Shown here: piece after piece, positions 1 to 10,660 of the stretch | Layout: the number at the start of each line of letters is the position of its first letter | Position numbering within the stretch: the stretch's first letter is position 1 | NCBI GenBank assembly: GCA_946965045.2 | Contig: OX337238.1 | Location: 1,922,001-1,986,000 of the forward strand | Origin: Epithemia pelagica | Lineage: Eukaryota; Protista; Bacillariophyta | DNA length: 64,000 nt | Direction: 5' to 3' | Position numbers and translations under genes: made by a program | Notes under the pieces: generated by a model | Database searches by the model: none | What the model saw: the letters and a program-made list of their open reading frames with translations, nothing else | Told to the model about the DNA's origin: nothing

Positions 1-1675
1 CATCAGCAGACTCTTCTTCATTTTCTTCATTGCTGGTCGTTTCAGCTTCCATGTCTTCCTCTCCCTGCAGTCTCGTTCGCAGTTGGCCAATGAGATCTTC
101 ATTGGCTGCCATGTGATCTTCAATCAGTTTTTGTTCTTCAGAGTCATTCGAACGAAGCATGCGCAATTTCAAATCAAACTGGTCCTTGAGTAGGTCTTTG
201 ATATTACGGTTTAGGTCAGAGTATGCAAGTTTCTCGAACGATCTTGAAATTTTCTTGCGAACCCGACGGTCCTCTTTCTCTTCTCTCTCTTGTTTTACCC
301 TCTGTCTCTCTGTCTTGTCGTTCTTGTTGTGACGTAGCTTCTGCGTTACCAAGAGTGGAACGGAGGAAGATGAGGGAACAGTGTCCGAGGAAACACTGAC
401 TTCTGATGATAACTTAGAAAAAGTTTGATGGAGCATGTCATGCTCGTCAAAAAATGCCCACATGTGCAGATAATATGATTTATGGTTTCCCAAAAATGAC
501 TTTCTGTTATCTCCATCGACATACTCTTCTTCTCCATCACCAGTCACATTCAACCACTTTTGAGACTTCGGATCAATATGGCCAAATGCCTCGTCAGTCT
601 CTGCACGTTGGCCGCTGCCATTTCCACTCTTGTCCCAATTCATAACAATCCGCATGAGATTGCAACAAGAAAGTGTTCCTAATTTCTCTTTTATTTTGTC
701 TCCCGTCACAACAGGCATGTTGTAAGGTTTCAGCACGTGGCGTACCTGAAAGTCGTCATGAAGGCTTGGATATGCCTTCGTTATCGGCCAGAACTCTTCA
801 TCGTTAAACTTCTCCGCGCAAAGTTTGTAGAACGTCTTCGGGCGAATGTCGGAGCTACGTGCATCTGTTGAGGCATGGTCCTGCCATTCATGAATCTTCA
901 TGTAGGAAGCGTAAACCTCATTTTCGACCATTGCATGAAACAGTCGCAAGTATGGCTCCATACCTACCCATGAATCTGCCGTAGGAGCAAGCACAGCAGA
1001 TGAAGCAGACTCCTCAATTGATTTTACAACAATGGACCGTACGTGCTGTTCTTCTTTTTCCAAGAATTGTCGACAAGCTTTATTCACTATGGGATGGTCA
1101 AGAAGCCATTCTTTACATTTGCCAATGGTCCATGATCGACAGCCTTTTTCTTTTTTGCCAGGATTTTCAAGAGCATGACGGCGGATTACCTCTTTTTTTA
1201 AGTCTTCGGCATTTGGCAACCTTGTAAGACGATCTTGAGCTCTCTTGTAGTCCTTATCTTCTTTTGGGTCACAGAATGAGCTATCTTCTTTCCCATGTAA
1301 TCCAATACACATTGCAAGGAGGGCTTTGCAATTTCCACCAGTGGATAGGAAATGTTGTTCGGAAGGAGAAGTCTCATTTTTGGCTAAATCCGGTGAAAGA
1401 TGATCTTGTGACGATGCCTGGATGGTGGTGGAACTACTGCTTGAATGGGATGAATCAACATTTCTTCGGGTTTGAGGAGCAACAGAAATTGGTGTGGCAA
1501 AGGGATTCGTATGCTGTTGGAGACGCCTCTTGTCCTGGAGAAGGTTGACTTTCTCCGTGTAAAATTGGTGCTCCGACTCTGTCGAGACAAATTTTGTGGT
1601 TGCTGGGTTCTCCTCTTCATCTATTTCTTCAGCAATCACATTGTCTTCATGGGAGGACTTTCCATGAAGACTCAT
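1..1675 (-). CDS. Hypothetical protein, >558 aa, runs off the window edge; possibly the accessory (non-transposase) ORF of a PIF/Harbinger element
   Basis: Manual translation gives one open frame from ATG at 1675 (MSLHGKSSHED...) to base 1 with no stop, which is why it is absent from the ORF track. It contains LAMCIGL, LKKEVIRR, WTIGKCKEWLLDHP, NWDKSGNGSG and YLHMWAFF, plus an acidic coiled-coil tail. A Harbinger-like terminus lies directly upstream. The product assignment is inference. Confidence 0.7.
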   Translation of the reverse strand, partial: MSLHGKSSHEDNVIAEEIDEEENPATTKFVSTESEHQFYTEKVNLLQDKRRLQQHTNPFATPISVAPQTRRNVDSSHSSSSSTTIQASSQDHLSPDLAKNETSPSEQHFLSTGGNCKALLAMCIGLHGKEDSSFCDPKEDKDYKRAQDRLTRLPNAEDLKKEVIRRHALENPGKKEKGCRSWTIGKCKEWLLDHPIVNKACRQFLEKEEQHVRSIVVKSIEESASSAVLAPTADSWVGMEPYLRLFHAMVENEVYASYMKIHEWQDHASTDARSSDIRPKTFYKLCAEKFNDEEFWPITKAYPSLHDDFQVRHVLKPYNMPVVTGDKIKEKLGTLSCCNLMRIVMNWDKSGNGSGQRAETDEAFGHIDPKSQKWLNVTGDGEEEYVDGDNRKSFLGNHKSYYLHMWAFFDEHDMLHQTFSKLSSEVSVSSDTVPSSSSVPLLVTQKLRHNKNDKTERQRVKQEREEKEDRRVRKKISRSFEKLAYSDLNRNIKDLLKDQFDLKLRMLRSNDSEEQKLIEDHMAANEDLIGQLRTRLQGEEDMEAETTSNEENEEESAD

Positions 1676-1777
1676 TGTGGTTGATTCTTGATTCTCGTGT
1701 TGATTTTAACAAAGACAACAACAAGAAGAGATAGGGATGATGTTTGGAGTTTTGAGGAAACCTCGGACGAGGAGCAA

Positions 1778-1964
1778 CCTCGAATCTTGACCTCGATTTT
1801 TGGTCGGAGCGCACTTTGGCCCAAAAATTTTCAAAAGTGCGCCTCGGTCAAAAGTCGAGGTCAAGATTCGAGGGTACACATAACCTATTCATAACCAATT
1901 AGACCAACCTCGAAACTCGAATCTTGATTTTTGCCTCGAATTTTTTTTACCACCCCGATGCGCC
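1778..1964 (-). mobile_element. Probable terminus of a PIF/Harbinger-like element facing the ORF at 1-1675
   Basis: On the minus strand it begins GGCGCATCGG next to the TTA at 1965-1967. It has repeated AACCTCGAA/TTCGAG subterminal motifs and a 96-bp hairpin (1778-1873), and is an inverted homologue of 2679-2790. Confidence 0.45.
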
Positions 1965-1967
1965 TTA

Positions 1968-2675
1968 GGGGGTATGTTATCGGGCGCGCGGAGCATGGGC
2001 GGAGCATGGATATGGGGGGAGCAATGCATGCTCCCCGATGCATGCTCCGCGCGTCGATATTATCGGTGGGCGGATGTAGAGATGCGGAGCATGCGCGACG
2101 GGCGCGCTCAAAATCCCCGACCGTCACGGAAACGCGTATGGGTCGCCTTAAGTATGGAATCGAAAAGGAAAGAGAAGAACAAATTCAGGAAGACCATGGC
2201 AAGCAAAGGGATGGTTTCCGGACACAATAATCATTCCCTTTATAGACTACTTATCATTTAGAGTATCCATTGTATATTTCACCTGTTGTTCTGTTGGCCC
2301 TACGAGCTCATGATGGAAAGACACGCCAATTTCCATGCTCTATGGAAACACAACCTCCTGGTGGATGGAAAAGACTCCGAAAGACCAAGGCAGCAACAGT
2401 TGACCGACTATATGTACTTGTCTACAATACTAGTGCCTAGATAGACTCTGTCGTCTCTTTTGTCCATGATAAATCCATCATCGGAAGACTTCGACTGTTC
2501 GACGCATTGAGTGTGTGGTGTGTGGGCGAGTGATTTTGCTTCCAACCTTGCTCCACCCGCACTCTTCCTCCGCATGTAAATTTTGCGGAGGAAAGCTCTA
2601 TATCCGGGTTGGATTGGCCTTTCTCCGCCCATATCATGCTCCGCACATGCTCCGCGCGCCCGATAACATACCCCC
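1968..2675. mobile_element. Tourist-like (PIF/Harbinger) MITE, 708 bp
   Basis: TIR GGGGGTATGTTATCGGGCGCGCGGAGCATG(G)GCGGAGCATG at 1968 with its reverse complement (1 mismatch) ending at 2675. TTA target duplication at 1965-1967 and 2676-2678. Internal GCGGAGCATG repeats; no convincing coding capacity. Confidence 0.9.
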
Positions 2676-2678
2676 TTA

Positions 2679-2790
2679 GGCCCTGTGTCCAGGGAATGTG
2701 TTTTCGAGTTTTGAGGTTGAGTCAATAGGTTATGATCCCCTTGAAACCTCGAAAACACAACCTCGAATCCCCCAAATCTTGGCAATCCCC
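2679..2790 (+). mobile_element. Solo terminus of a related Harbinger-like element
   Basis: Starts GGCCCTGTG directly after TTA. TTCGAGTTTTGAGGTTG and AATAGGTTATG are reverse complements of motifs at 1880-1920. It has a 12-bp IR (TGTGTTTTCGAG/CTCGAAAACACA). No partner end was found. Confidence 0.4.
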
Positions 2791-3001
2791 CAACGACCTT
2801 GCCAAGATTCTGGAATCGAGTTTCATCGTCATGTTTTCATCGCTGTTGCAGCCCATGTCGTGGTGTAACCATGTATTTGAAATGGGGTCGTCCTTGATCG
2901 TAGATGATCATCATTTAGGGAGACATGGCGCTGAAATGGCTTTCTCTGGAGAGAGAGCACATATAAGCTCCAGTATTTTTAAACGAGTCAATTAAAGTGA
3001 A

Positions 3002-4222
3002 ATGAAGAGAGAAGGCTTGCATGGAACGCATGAGCAGAGGCCACCAGACCATGGCTCGAATTCCAGAGCATCGGAAAGTCACCTCCAAAACCTGCTGTCA
3101 CTTGAATCAGAAACATTGGCTGCCCGTTGTTCCTTCAACAACAACACAGTTGAATCTGGGATATATAATGCCGTTCCTCCATCTGGTGGCATTAATGGAT
3201 CAATTTCGGTCAGACAGGATGCGAATTTGTATCCATGGCACATCTTCAACGCTCCAGGTATTCAAGGTCTGTCCGCATTTCCATCCACTGGCTATGCGTT
3301 GAATCCAGCACGGGAGGGTCTTGCCGTCCCACAAGACAACACCATAGTTCAGTCATCCTTTGATGCGTACTCGGTTCATTTCCCCCAACAAGCTTCTGCT
3401 GCTCGGTATGCATTCCAAGGGGATGGTAACATTGGCATTTCGTCTACACCAGCAAATCCAGGACTATACAATTCTACGTCCATTCTTCCGCAGTCAAATG
3501 GTTCTTCGATGCTGTTGAACACACTGACTCCACCGAGCAACGCTAGCCATATGAATCTTCTTGAACCTGCTATTTTCCACGACCAGCATATCATCCATCG
3601 CGAATCGGGTTTGACGCTACCGACGCAGTTGGAACGGGTCCCACACGTTCCATACATCCAAAGGGTCAATAGCAATGTTGCTGCTCCACCATTTCCTGAT
3701 TCATCGATGGGGAAAGTGGATGGTATTGATGTACCGCAGAAACAGATCCAGAGCGATGAAGATGATTCCAAGAAGAAACTTGCGCCCTCTACGAGTGACC
3801 AGTCGAAAGCCGAGACGCATAATTCGTCAGCTGGTAGAAAGAAAACTACATCTAGACGAACCAGAACACGCAAGGCCAACCCTCTTGATCGTCCAAAACG
3901 TCCCTTGTCTTCGTACAACATATTTTTCCAGGACGAAAGGGCTAAAATGTTGGGTGAATCTCCAGACTGTACCGAGCAGACGAAACCGATTTCTGTAGGG
4001 TTTGCGGAAATGGCACGATTGATATCCCGGAAATGGAAAATGATTTCTCCAGCTGCTAAATCGTTTTACGAACAAAAGGCTGCAGTAGAGAAAGAAAGAT
4101 ATGAAAAAGAAAAAGAGGAATTCCAAAGGAGACAGCAGGATGCTTTGGAAAGGAATAGGGAGGAGCTCTTAGCAACTGTTGACGATGAAACAAAAAGAAG
4201 GTATTTCGAAGGTGGTAGCTAG
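3002..4222 (+). CDS. HMG-box DNA-binding protein (406 aa)
   Basis: C-terminal HMG box: RPKRPLSSYNIFFQDER...FAEMARLISRKWK...YEQKAAVEKERYEKE. Confidence 0.9.
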   Translation: MKREGLHGTHEQRPPDHGSNSRASESHLQNLLSLESETLAARCSFNNNTVESGIYNAVPPSGGINGSISVRQDANLYPWHIFNAPGIQGLSAFPSTGYALNPAREGLAVPQDNTIVQSSFDAYSVHFPQQASAARYAFQGDGNIGISSTPANPGLYNSTSILPQSNGSSMLLNTLTPPSNASHMNLLEPAIFHDQHIIHRESGLTLPTQLERVPHVPYIQRVNSNVAAPPFPDSSMGKVDGIDVPQKQIQSDEDDSKKKLAPSTSDQSKAETHNSSAGRKKTTSRRTRTRKANPLDRPKRPLSSYNIFFQDERAKMLGESPDCTEQTKPISVGFAEMARLISRKWKMISPAAKSFYEQKAAVEKERYEKEKEEFQRRQQDALERNREELLATVDDETKRRYFEGGS

Positions 4223-4465
4223 ACATGTGAACAGACTATTGTAAACATCGCAGTTTTTTCTCATAGACTGCGATGTGACGCCTTCTCTGCCATCGACCAA
4301 GAAATATGGCTCGAAAGCTTTACCAGAAAGAATGCCGAACCAAAATTGCTGAATAAGCTCTCAGCAGCAATTTGTCGGACTGATTAGTTTGATGAGCATT
4401 TTCATTCAAAACCTTGTTTTGAGCTGTCTTGCATCTTTGTTGTACACGTGTAAACTATCGGCAAC

Positions 4466-5220
4466 TTATTCGGAACGGGGACGTTTCTGATGTACACTTC
4501 CCATCGGTTGCTGCCGTCTTTTGTGTCCGTGAAGAGTCGTTGCTGACTGATAAAAGTGAGACCAGGCCTCGGAGCTGATAAAGAAAAGATACTGCTCCAC
4601 TCTGGTGAGCTTCTCAACAAACTGTGTTATATCTTGCCCATGCGTCGTCCATGACCAGTCCATCCACTGCTGAAATCGATTCCCAATGAAGGCCTAGAAA
4701 ATAGATTTGAGTGAATACATGAAATCATGGCTTATCCCATCCTTTGTGCAGTACTTACCCCGTGAAGCGTTCTCTTGAGATGGCCGCTTGTTGCAAGGAT
4801 GTACTCACGGTATGGGACAGAGTTAGGGTCCGACGAAGGCGAAGATTTTTGCTTCAGGTAGATCTGTTGCATCATGTCCGAAATGCGCTTCCCAACCAGA
4901 AAATAATTCGGACGAGGCAAAGCCTTCAAAGATGGGTCGAGCTCATAGGATAAAAGATGTCTTTCAAGGGACTTATTGTTGTAGACGCGAGGAACTGTAC
5001 AGCGACAATAGCCCAAAATCGCCCATGACTCCACTGCCCAAAGCGGTAGCTTGAGTTTTGTGTGTCTTTTCAAGGAATGACTTTTGCTTTCCCAAGCGGA
5101 TGCATCCGGATCCAAATGTGCCAAATAAGAAAAGTCGTCCTGTGTTACACATGGAATTAACTCCTCTTCTGCAAGAATTGCATCGAGGTCGTAGTATTCG
5201 TTGCCGTTGCTCATTGTCAT
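4466..5220 (-). CDS. PSF3: GINS complex subunit Psf3 (2 exons: 5220-4759, 4693-4466)
   Basis: YYDLDAILAEEELIPC and KLKLPLW motifs. A 65-bp GTAAGT...TTTTCTAG intron (4758-4694) joins in frame to RFQQWMDWSW...KLTRVEQYLF. Confidence 0.85.
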
Positions 5221-6777
5221 ACGTCTCCCGCCAGGAGAGATGTGAACAAGAAGGTGGTGGAGGGATGCAGGGCTCACGCGGAAAACGTGCGCGCAGGCGA
5301 GTATGCGATTCGCACGCGAGAACGAATCAGAAACCAGCGCTCAATAAATAATTTATTTGAATTCGTCGGACGCGGGCTGGGCAGGCAGACGAGACGTCTT
5401 GATTCTTGATGTGTCCCTTCTAGTCCATTATTTCCAATTTCCAAAACTGACAAAAATAATGACACACAGAGTCAACCACACCCGATCTGGATCTGGGATC
5501 TGGGTATTGGCTTGTCTTCTGCCTTTATTGGGAATGGATAATTGATCGCGGACAAACAAGAAGCTGGCGCTGCGCTTGGCAACCAAACTCGGACGCAAGC
5601 ACTGGCAGCAAACGCAAGAGTAGAACCCTCAATCGTAACAACTATGCAAGAAGCCCCGCAAAACAATGGCGAACGAAAACATCGGTGTAGGGAGTTGGCT
5701 GCGGTAAAGCCATGGTCATAGTACAGCCATGAACCCAGCCCAATTCGATTCTTGGAGAGCCACGTTGACGCTTCGAAAGACATCTTAATTTTGTGATTGA
5801 AAGCACGGTTGTCAATATCGATCAGTCTAGAAATCAATGAGAATGAGGAATGAGGGTCATTCAATTCATCAGTTGTGCATTCATTTTCGAAATGTTGCTC
5901 TGCTATAGCATAATCATCTTAAGGGAGGCAGTCAACAGGAAGGCAGCTTATTGCGTGGCCCACTTCGTTGGTTCAGAAGGCATGCTTTTTCCATGTACTT
6001 TAATGTCGACCCAGCATTTCTAACTCCGAACCTGTCTGAAAGGACCACATGAACGTAATTTTGGGTTATTTGGATTTGATATGGTCGAAACCAGATTGGA
6101 GGAGCAATTCTTTTGTGGAAATGGAAGGAACTATCAAACCAAAGTCCGCCGATCACAGTGATGTGCTGGAACTAGGTACTCCTAGACGGGAAACTCACGA
6201 ATTTGGAATGAAGAACGTGAAGGTCGAAAGTCGAAATGGCTGTTGGGGTTTTCTCATGAAAATTTTATCATATTGGTCGCATTCGTAATTTAAGCTCTAG
6301 CGGTGGGTTGACATATGTAACTTCTTTTTGTGAAGTCAGATCCATTTTTCGGAATAGGTTGTATTTTGATATGAGAACGCAATCTTCCACAACTATTTTC
6401 GGAACTTGTCCTTCTTGCGATCCCGGCAAAGACATCCATCTATACGAGTACAGTTCAGGCTATAGTGATTGCTGAGTCGTGATACACTCAGACAGCTTGG
6501 AGCCAACGAGGACGAGGAGCGTGACACGAGGAAAGAACACAGACATTATTCCACGGTTGGTTGGTGGATGTGGGCGAGAGTTCGCTTCTCTCCGCTTGAC
6601 ACTCGTGCCGTACAAAACTCCGTGCCAACTTCGCTCTTTGTTCGGTAGTTTGTATCCGGTACTTTGGGGTAGCTCTCCGTTCACAACTCATAATCCCATA
6701 GCGACCCAACAACTCACACGACGAAACGACGTCTTACAACCTTGTACCTTATAGCATACAACAAAGCTAAACGACAA

Positions 6778-7839
6778 ATGCCCACAACCTCTGTAATTGA
6801 ACTTACGGAACTGGATTATGAAGACGGAGTGGCCAAAGGCGGTGTCGCTTGTCCATTTCCTTGGCGCTTGCACAAATGTTTGACTGACTGCGCTGAGCAC
6901 CAGTCTCATATCGTCTCATGGGCTCCACATGGTCGTGCTTTTACCGTTCATAAACCCAAAGCCTTTGTTGAAACCATCATGCCGAGGTATGGAAATCCAG
7001 ATGCATGTAGTTAGCGACGTGAAACTGCATTCCCCCTCTGAGTTAAATTCTGTTTTTTTACCCTTGTTTACGTTCTCCTCATCAGATACTTTGGACAAAC
7101 TAAGTACCCTTCATTCCAACGCCAGCTCAACCTTTATGGATTTTCTCGGTTTGCTCATGGCAAGGATAAGGGAAGTTACTACCACCTTTGCTTCGTTCGT
7201 GGCCACACTAACCTTGTACGCCAAATGGTCCGTCGCAAAGTGAAGGGAAATAAAGTTCGTCACACCATTGAAGCCTCCAGCGAACCAGACTTCTACCACC
7301 CCGCCTGGGAGAATCATTTTGAAGCTAGCTACCCGCCAAAGTTACTGGAGCTCCAGTGTGCTGCTGTGGTGAAGGCTTTGTGTGACAAGGCCATGACCGA
7401 TGCCCGTATCAAGACTGCTCCTATCATGATGCAGATTCCTTCTGTTGTGGCTGAAAAGGAAACGTCTTCGTTCCGATCTGGCTCTAGTTCTAAGAAATCG
7501 GATCAAGTTATGATTCTCCCGCGCCTTCCTGTTCCCTCGACGGCTCCCATGGATCCTCCTCATGTCGTGTCTTCGATGGAATTTCCCGATGTTGCTGTCT
7601 CTGCTCCGGAGGATTCCATCAAGGACGGTGACGTGCTCACTTTTGAAGGCATTCCTTTTCACTACTTGGATGGCCACAATGATGATTTTCATAGTTCCGC
7701 CATGTCCGTATTGGGTACGGAGGATGATAATTTCTCCATATCTTCCATGCGTCGATTTGTCAGCAGCAGCTTTGTTGGCAGTGTCGACTCCTTTCACCTC
7801 GATCAAGATCCTCACCTTTACAACTTGACTGCTGTCTAG
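6778..7839 (+). CDS. Heat shock transcription factor (2 exons: 6778-6986, 7086-7839)
   Basis: HSF DNA-binding domain FPWRLH...IVSWAPHGRAFTVH...YFGQTKYPSFQRQLNLYGF, reconstituted across a 99-bp GT-AG intron. Confidence 0.92.
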
Positions 7840-7865
7840 GCAGTCGTTATGGGGGTTTGAAGGAA

Positions 7866-7976
7866 AAGTCCCACGAATTGAAAACGATTCGCTTGGGCCG
7901 CTTGGACTAAATGTCTTTGAGCGCATTACGTGTTAAGTCCCACGACCTTATCAGAGTCGCTTGGGCCGCCTGGCCT
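7866..7976 (+). repeat. Two-copy direct repeat, 69-bp period, downstream of HSF
   Basis: AAGTCCCACGA...CGCTTGGGCCGC(T/C)TGG(A/C)CT at 7866 and 7935. Confidence 0.7.
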
Positions 7977-8220
7977 TGATGCCTTGCGCTTATATTGTGT
8001 TTTCAGTGCCTTATTTCTAAAATCTTCTTACAATCATGAACACAATTTTGTAGGTAGGTGGAAGGTCCCTCTCTTTGGGGCCTACTCCTACTAATATTAC
8101 ACTTGGGTAACTCTAGAAAGGAGACACCGTGGTAGTGGGCATAGTCCGCAAGTCGTGCGTGGTGTGGGATTGGGGAAATGTTAGCCTTGCACATCGGCAG
8201 AGCAAAGCAGTCGAACCACA

Positions 8221-10532
8221 ATGGAAAACTGTGCTGCTGACGCTTCGGAATCCCTGTCGCGGACAGTACGTGGACCAGACGATGTGCTGCAGCTGAAAGA
8301 AAGTCATGAGTGGTTCGAGCTCAAAAGCCGATTGGACCAATCCACAATCGGACCATCCTCGGGAACTGCCGACAAAGTCGATTTCTCCGAAGCTGCGCCA
8401 CATATTCTAGTTTCGAATCCTGATGTCCTTCTCCCATCTGGTTTACAGTGCTTCTCCGATTATGTCAGTGATACACAGAGACGGGCTTTGCTAAAAGAGT
8501 TGGATGGAGAAAAATTTTCTTGGGAAGGCTTTGACCAACGTCGTCGTGTTTGGCGTTTTCGGATCAACCGCAGGACTGATTTGAACACTTCTGAAAATGT
8601 TGGAAACGAAGTCCCATGCCAGGATGCAGGCAATGCCCCACCACCAGGCCTCATGTCATTGGCATTGCGATTGGAGGAAGACTTTGACTTACAGGGAGAC
8701 TATTTGTCTGTCGAGGAGTTTCCTCGTGCCAAGTGGCATCCAACAGGACAACATGCATCCAAACACCGTCTGACAACGTTTGAATCCTTTTCTCCACCAC
8801 CGAATCCTGACCAGACAAACCCAAGCGTACAGGCCGCAACGACAGGACAAAGGTCTGAAAACAAAGAATCAAACCATGACAGTGAGAAATACTTTGTGGC
8901 ACGCATTCCCTTAAACATAGAGGCGATTCAACACATCAACCAACCAGCCAAACGATTGGCCAATTGCTGGCAACTTAAGAGCGACAATCATCAGACTGAT
9001 ATCTTAATGAAACCAGGATCACTTTGGATAAAAAGTGGTGCTTGTTTATCGGATTGGAGACATCAAATTCAGACGCCTGATGCTAACGATACACAGTCTG
9101 ATTTGGTGCTGATCTTCAAGCTGTACAAACTTCCTCCGAACGAGAACGTAAAGAGCACCATTCCCAGTTCTGATGAGGCTCATCACAACACCAACCTGCA
9201 AGAGCAAGAGAGAATGCGAGAACATGATCAAGCGGGCCTTCGTGACTTACTTACAATTGTAATAACAACGTCACCGATAAGAAGCAACCCTTCCACAGAA
9301 CTCATCGAAACCATAATGGAAACGTTTGTACATGCGGGTCCAGATTTTGCCTACGATTGTCGAAAGGTGATTGTATGTGATGGATTTCGAGTTTCTTCCG
9401 CCTCACCATCAGAAGCATCACAACCCGTCGCGGTTTCCAAACGTTATGGAAATGTGAAACAAGCGATGAGAAACGGGATTGTTTCTGAGGATCAAGCTGA
9501 GAGGTATCGGCAATTCAAAATAGCGCTCCGTGAGCTCTGTAACCAGGCTAAGTTAGGAGCGTCACAAGACCTGACGACAAAGCTCTTTCGAAATACAGTT
9601 ATAGAAGAACTGGAGGAACGACATGGTTACGGCTTCGCACTTCGACACGCCCTACAACACTGGGTTCCTACCCCTTTTGTGTGTGTCATCCAGCATGATC
9701 GGACGTTCATGAGACCAACACCATTGAAACAAATTATAAATTGCATGTTGAAGAATCCGATTGTCAAAGTACGTAAATGTATTTATGGACTTGGAACTAA
9801 GGACACCGGTGCTTACTCTCTGAATAATCTCTCACCCTCTCCATTGCCACCAGTATGTCGGACTCAGTATGCGAAGCAATCTAACGTATCGTGACATATT
9901 CTTGCACAAGTACGGAAAATCCTGTATAGATGAAATGGATGAGATGATTCTGCGTCCATCCGATCTTTTGGTTGACTACGACAGATACGGACATTCAACG
10001 GATTCAATGACCGAGTCATGTTGTTCAGACCGAATTTTACAGTCCATAGTGTCCGTATCGAAAGCGTACCAAAGCAGCAACCAACGATTGTGTTATGAAA
10101 AATGGCTTCAAGAAAATCCTCTACCTCCTGGAAAGCATCAAATGTCACTTACACCTACTCTATTTTGGTACGACAACATTCACATTTGTGAAACAGCTCA
10201 TTATCGCGATTTCATTTTCGACCCTTCAAGGAAAATGGTGGCCCGTGGAGGTGAGTCTTTTGGTGTAGTGGAATGACATCATCTTCAGTACATTCTTCTT
10301 ACGCGATCTTGTCATGGCAGGTTTCGTTGAAGACAAGTTAAGCCCAGTGATTGTTCGTACTATTGAACGTTTTGGTTTGAAAGAAGGACATTCTAGATTT
10401 GGGTGTTATCTTCTGGATGATCACTCCGGACTTTTCTTCACCGGCCATTTGGACGGTGGCTCCTACTTCACTGCAGAACAAAGGTCTGCGACCTTCCCTG
10501 CTAAGCAAACTGGACAAGAAACAAAGTCTTGA
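8221..10532 (+). CDS. Fusion protein: degenerate AlkB/2OG-Fe(II)-like N-terminal domain plus GT-A-like glycosyltransferase domain (3 exons: 8221-9768, 9854-10250, 10321-10532)
   Basis: Introns 9769-9853 and 10251-10320 join three ORFs in frame (IVK|YVGLSMRSNL; VARG|GFVEDKL). N-terminal part: LPSGLQCFSDYVS...RRVWRF...PGSLWIKSG...WRHQI. C-terminal part: ITTSPIRSNPST, VIVCDG, GYGFALRHAL, VIQHD. Domain names are inferred from motifs. Confidence 0.7.
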
Positions 10533-10660
10533 AACCAAAAATGTTCGTTGGCCTGGGGGGAGCTGTGCGGCTCAACTGGATTGATCATTCTCGATGGCGC
10601 TCAAACTGTAACTTCAAATCGAACAAGTCTCTCTTCGATTTGAAGAGTGGTCGTGAGCCT

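Noticed and set aside
5472-6300. Short ORFs between Psf3 and HSF
   Set aside because: No motifs; they depend on non-ATG starts and are likely intergenic.
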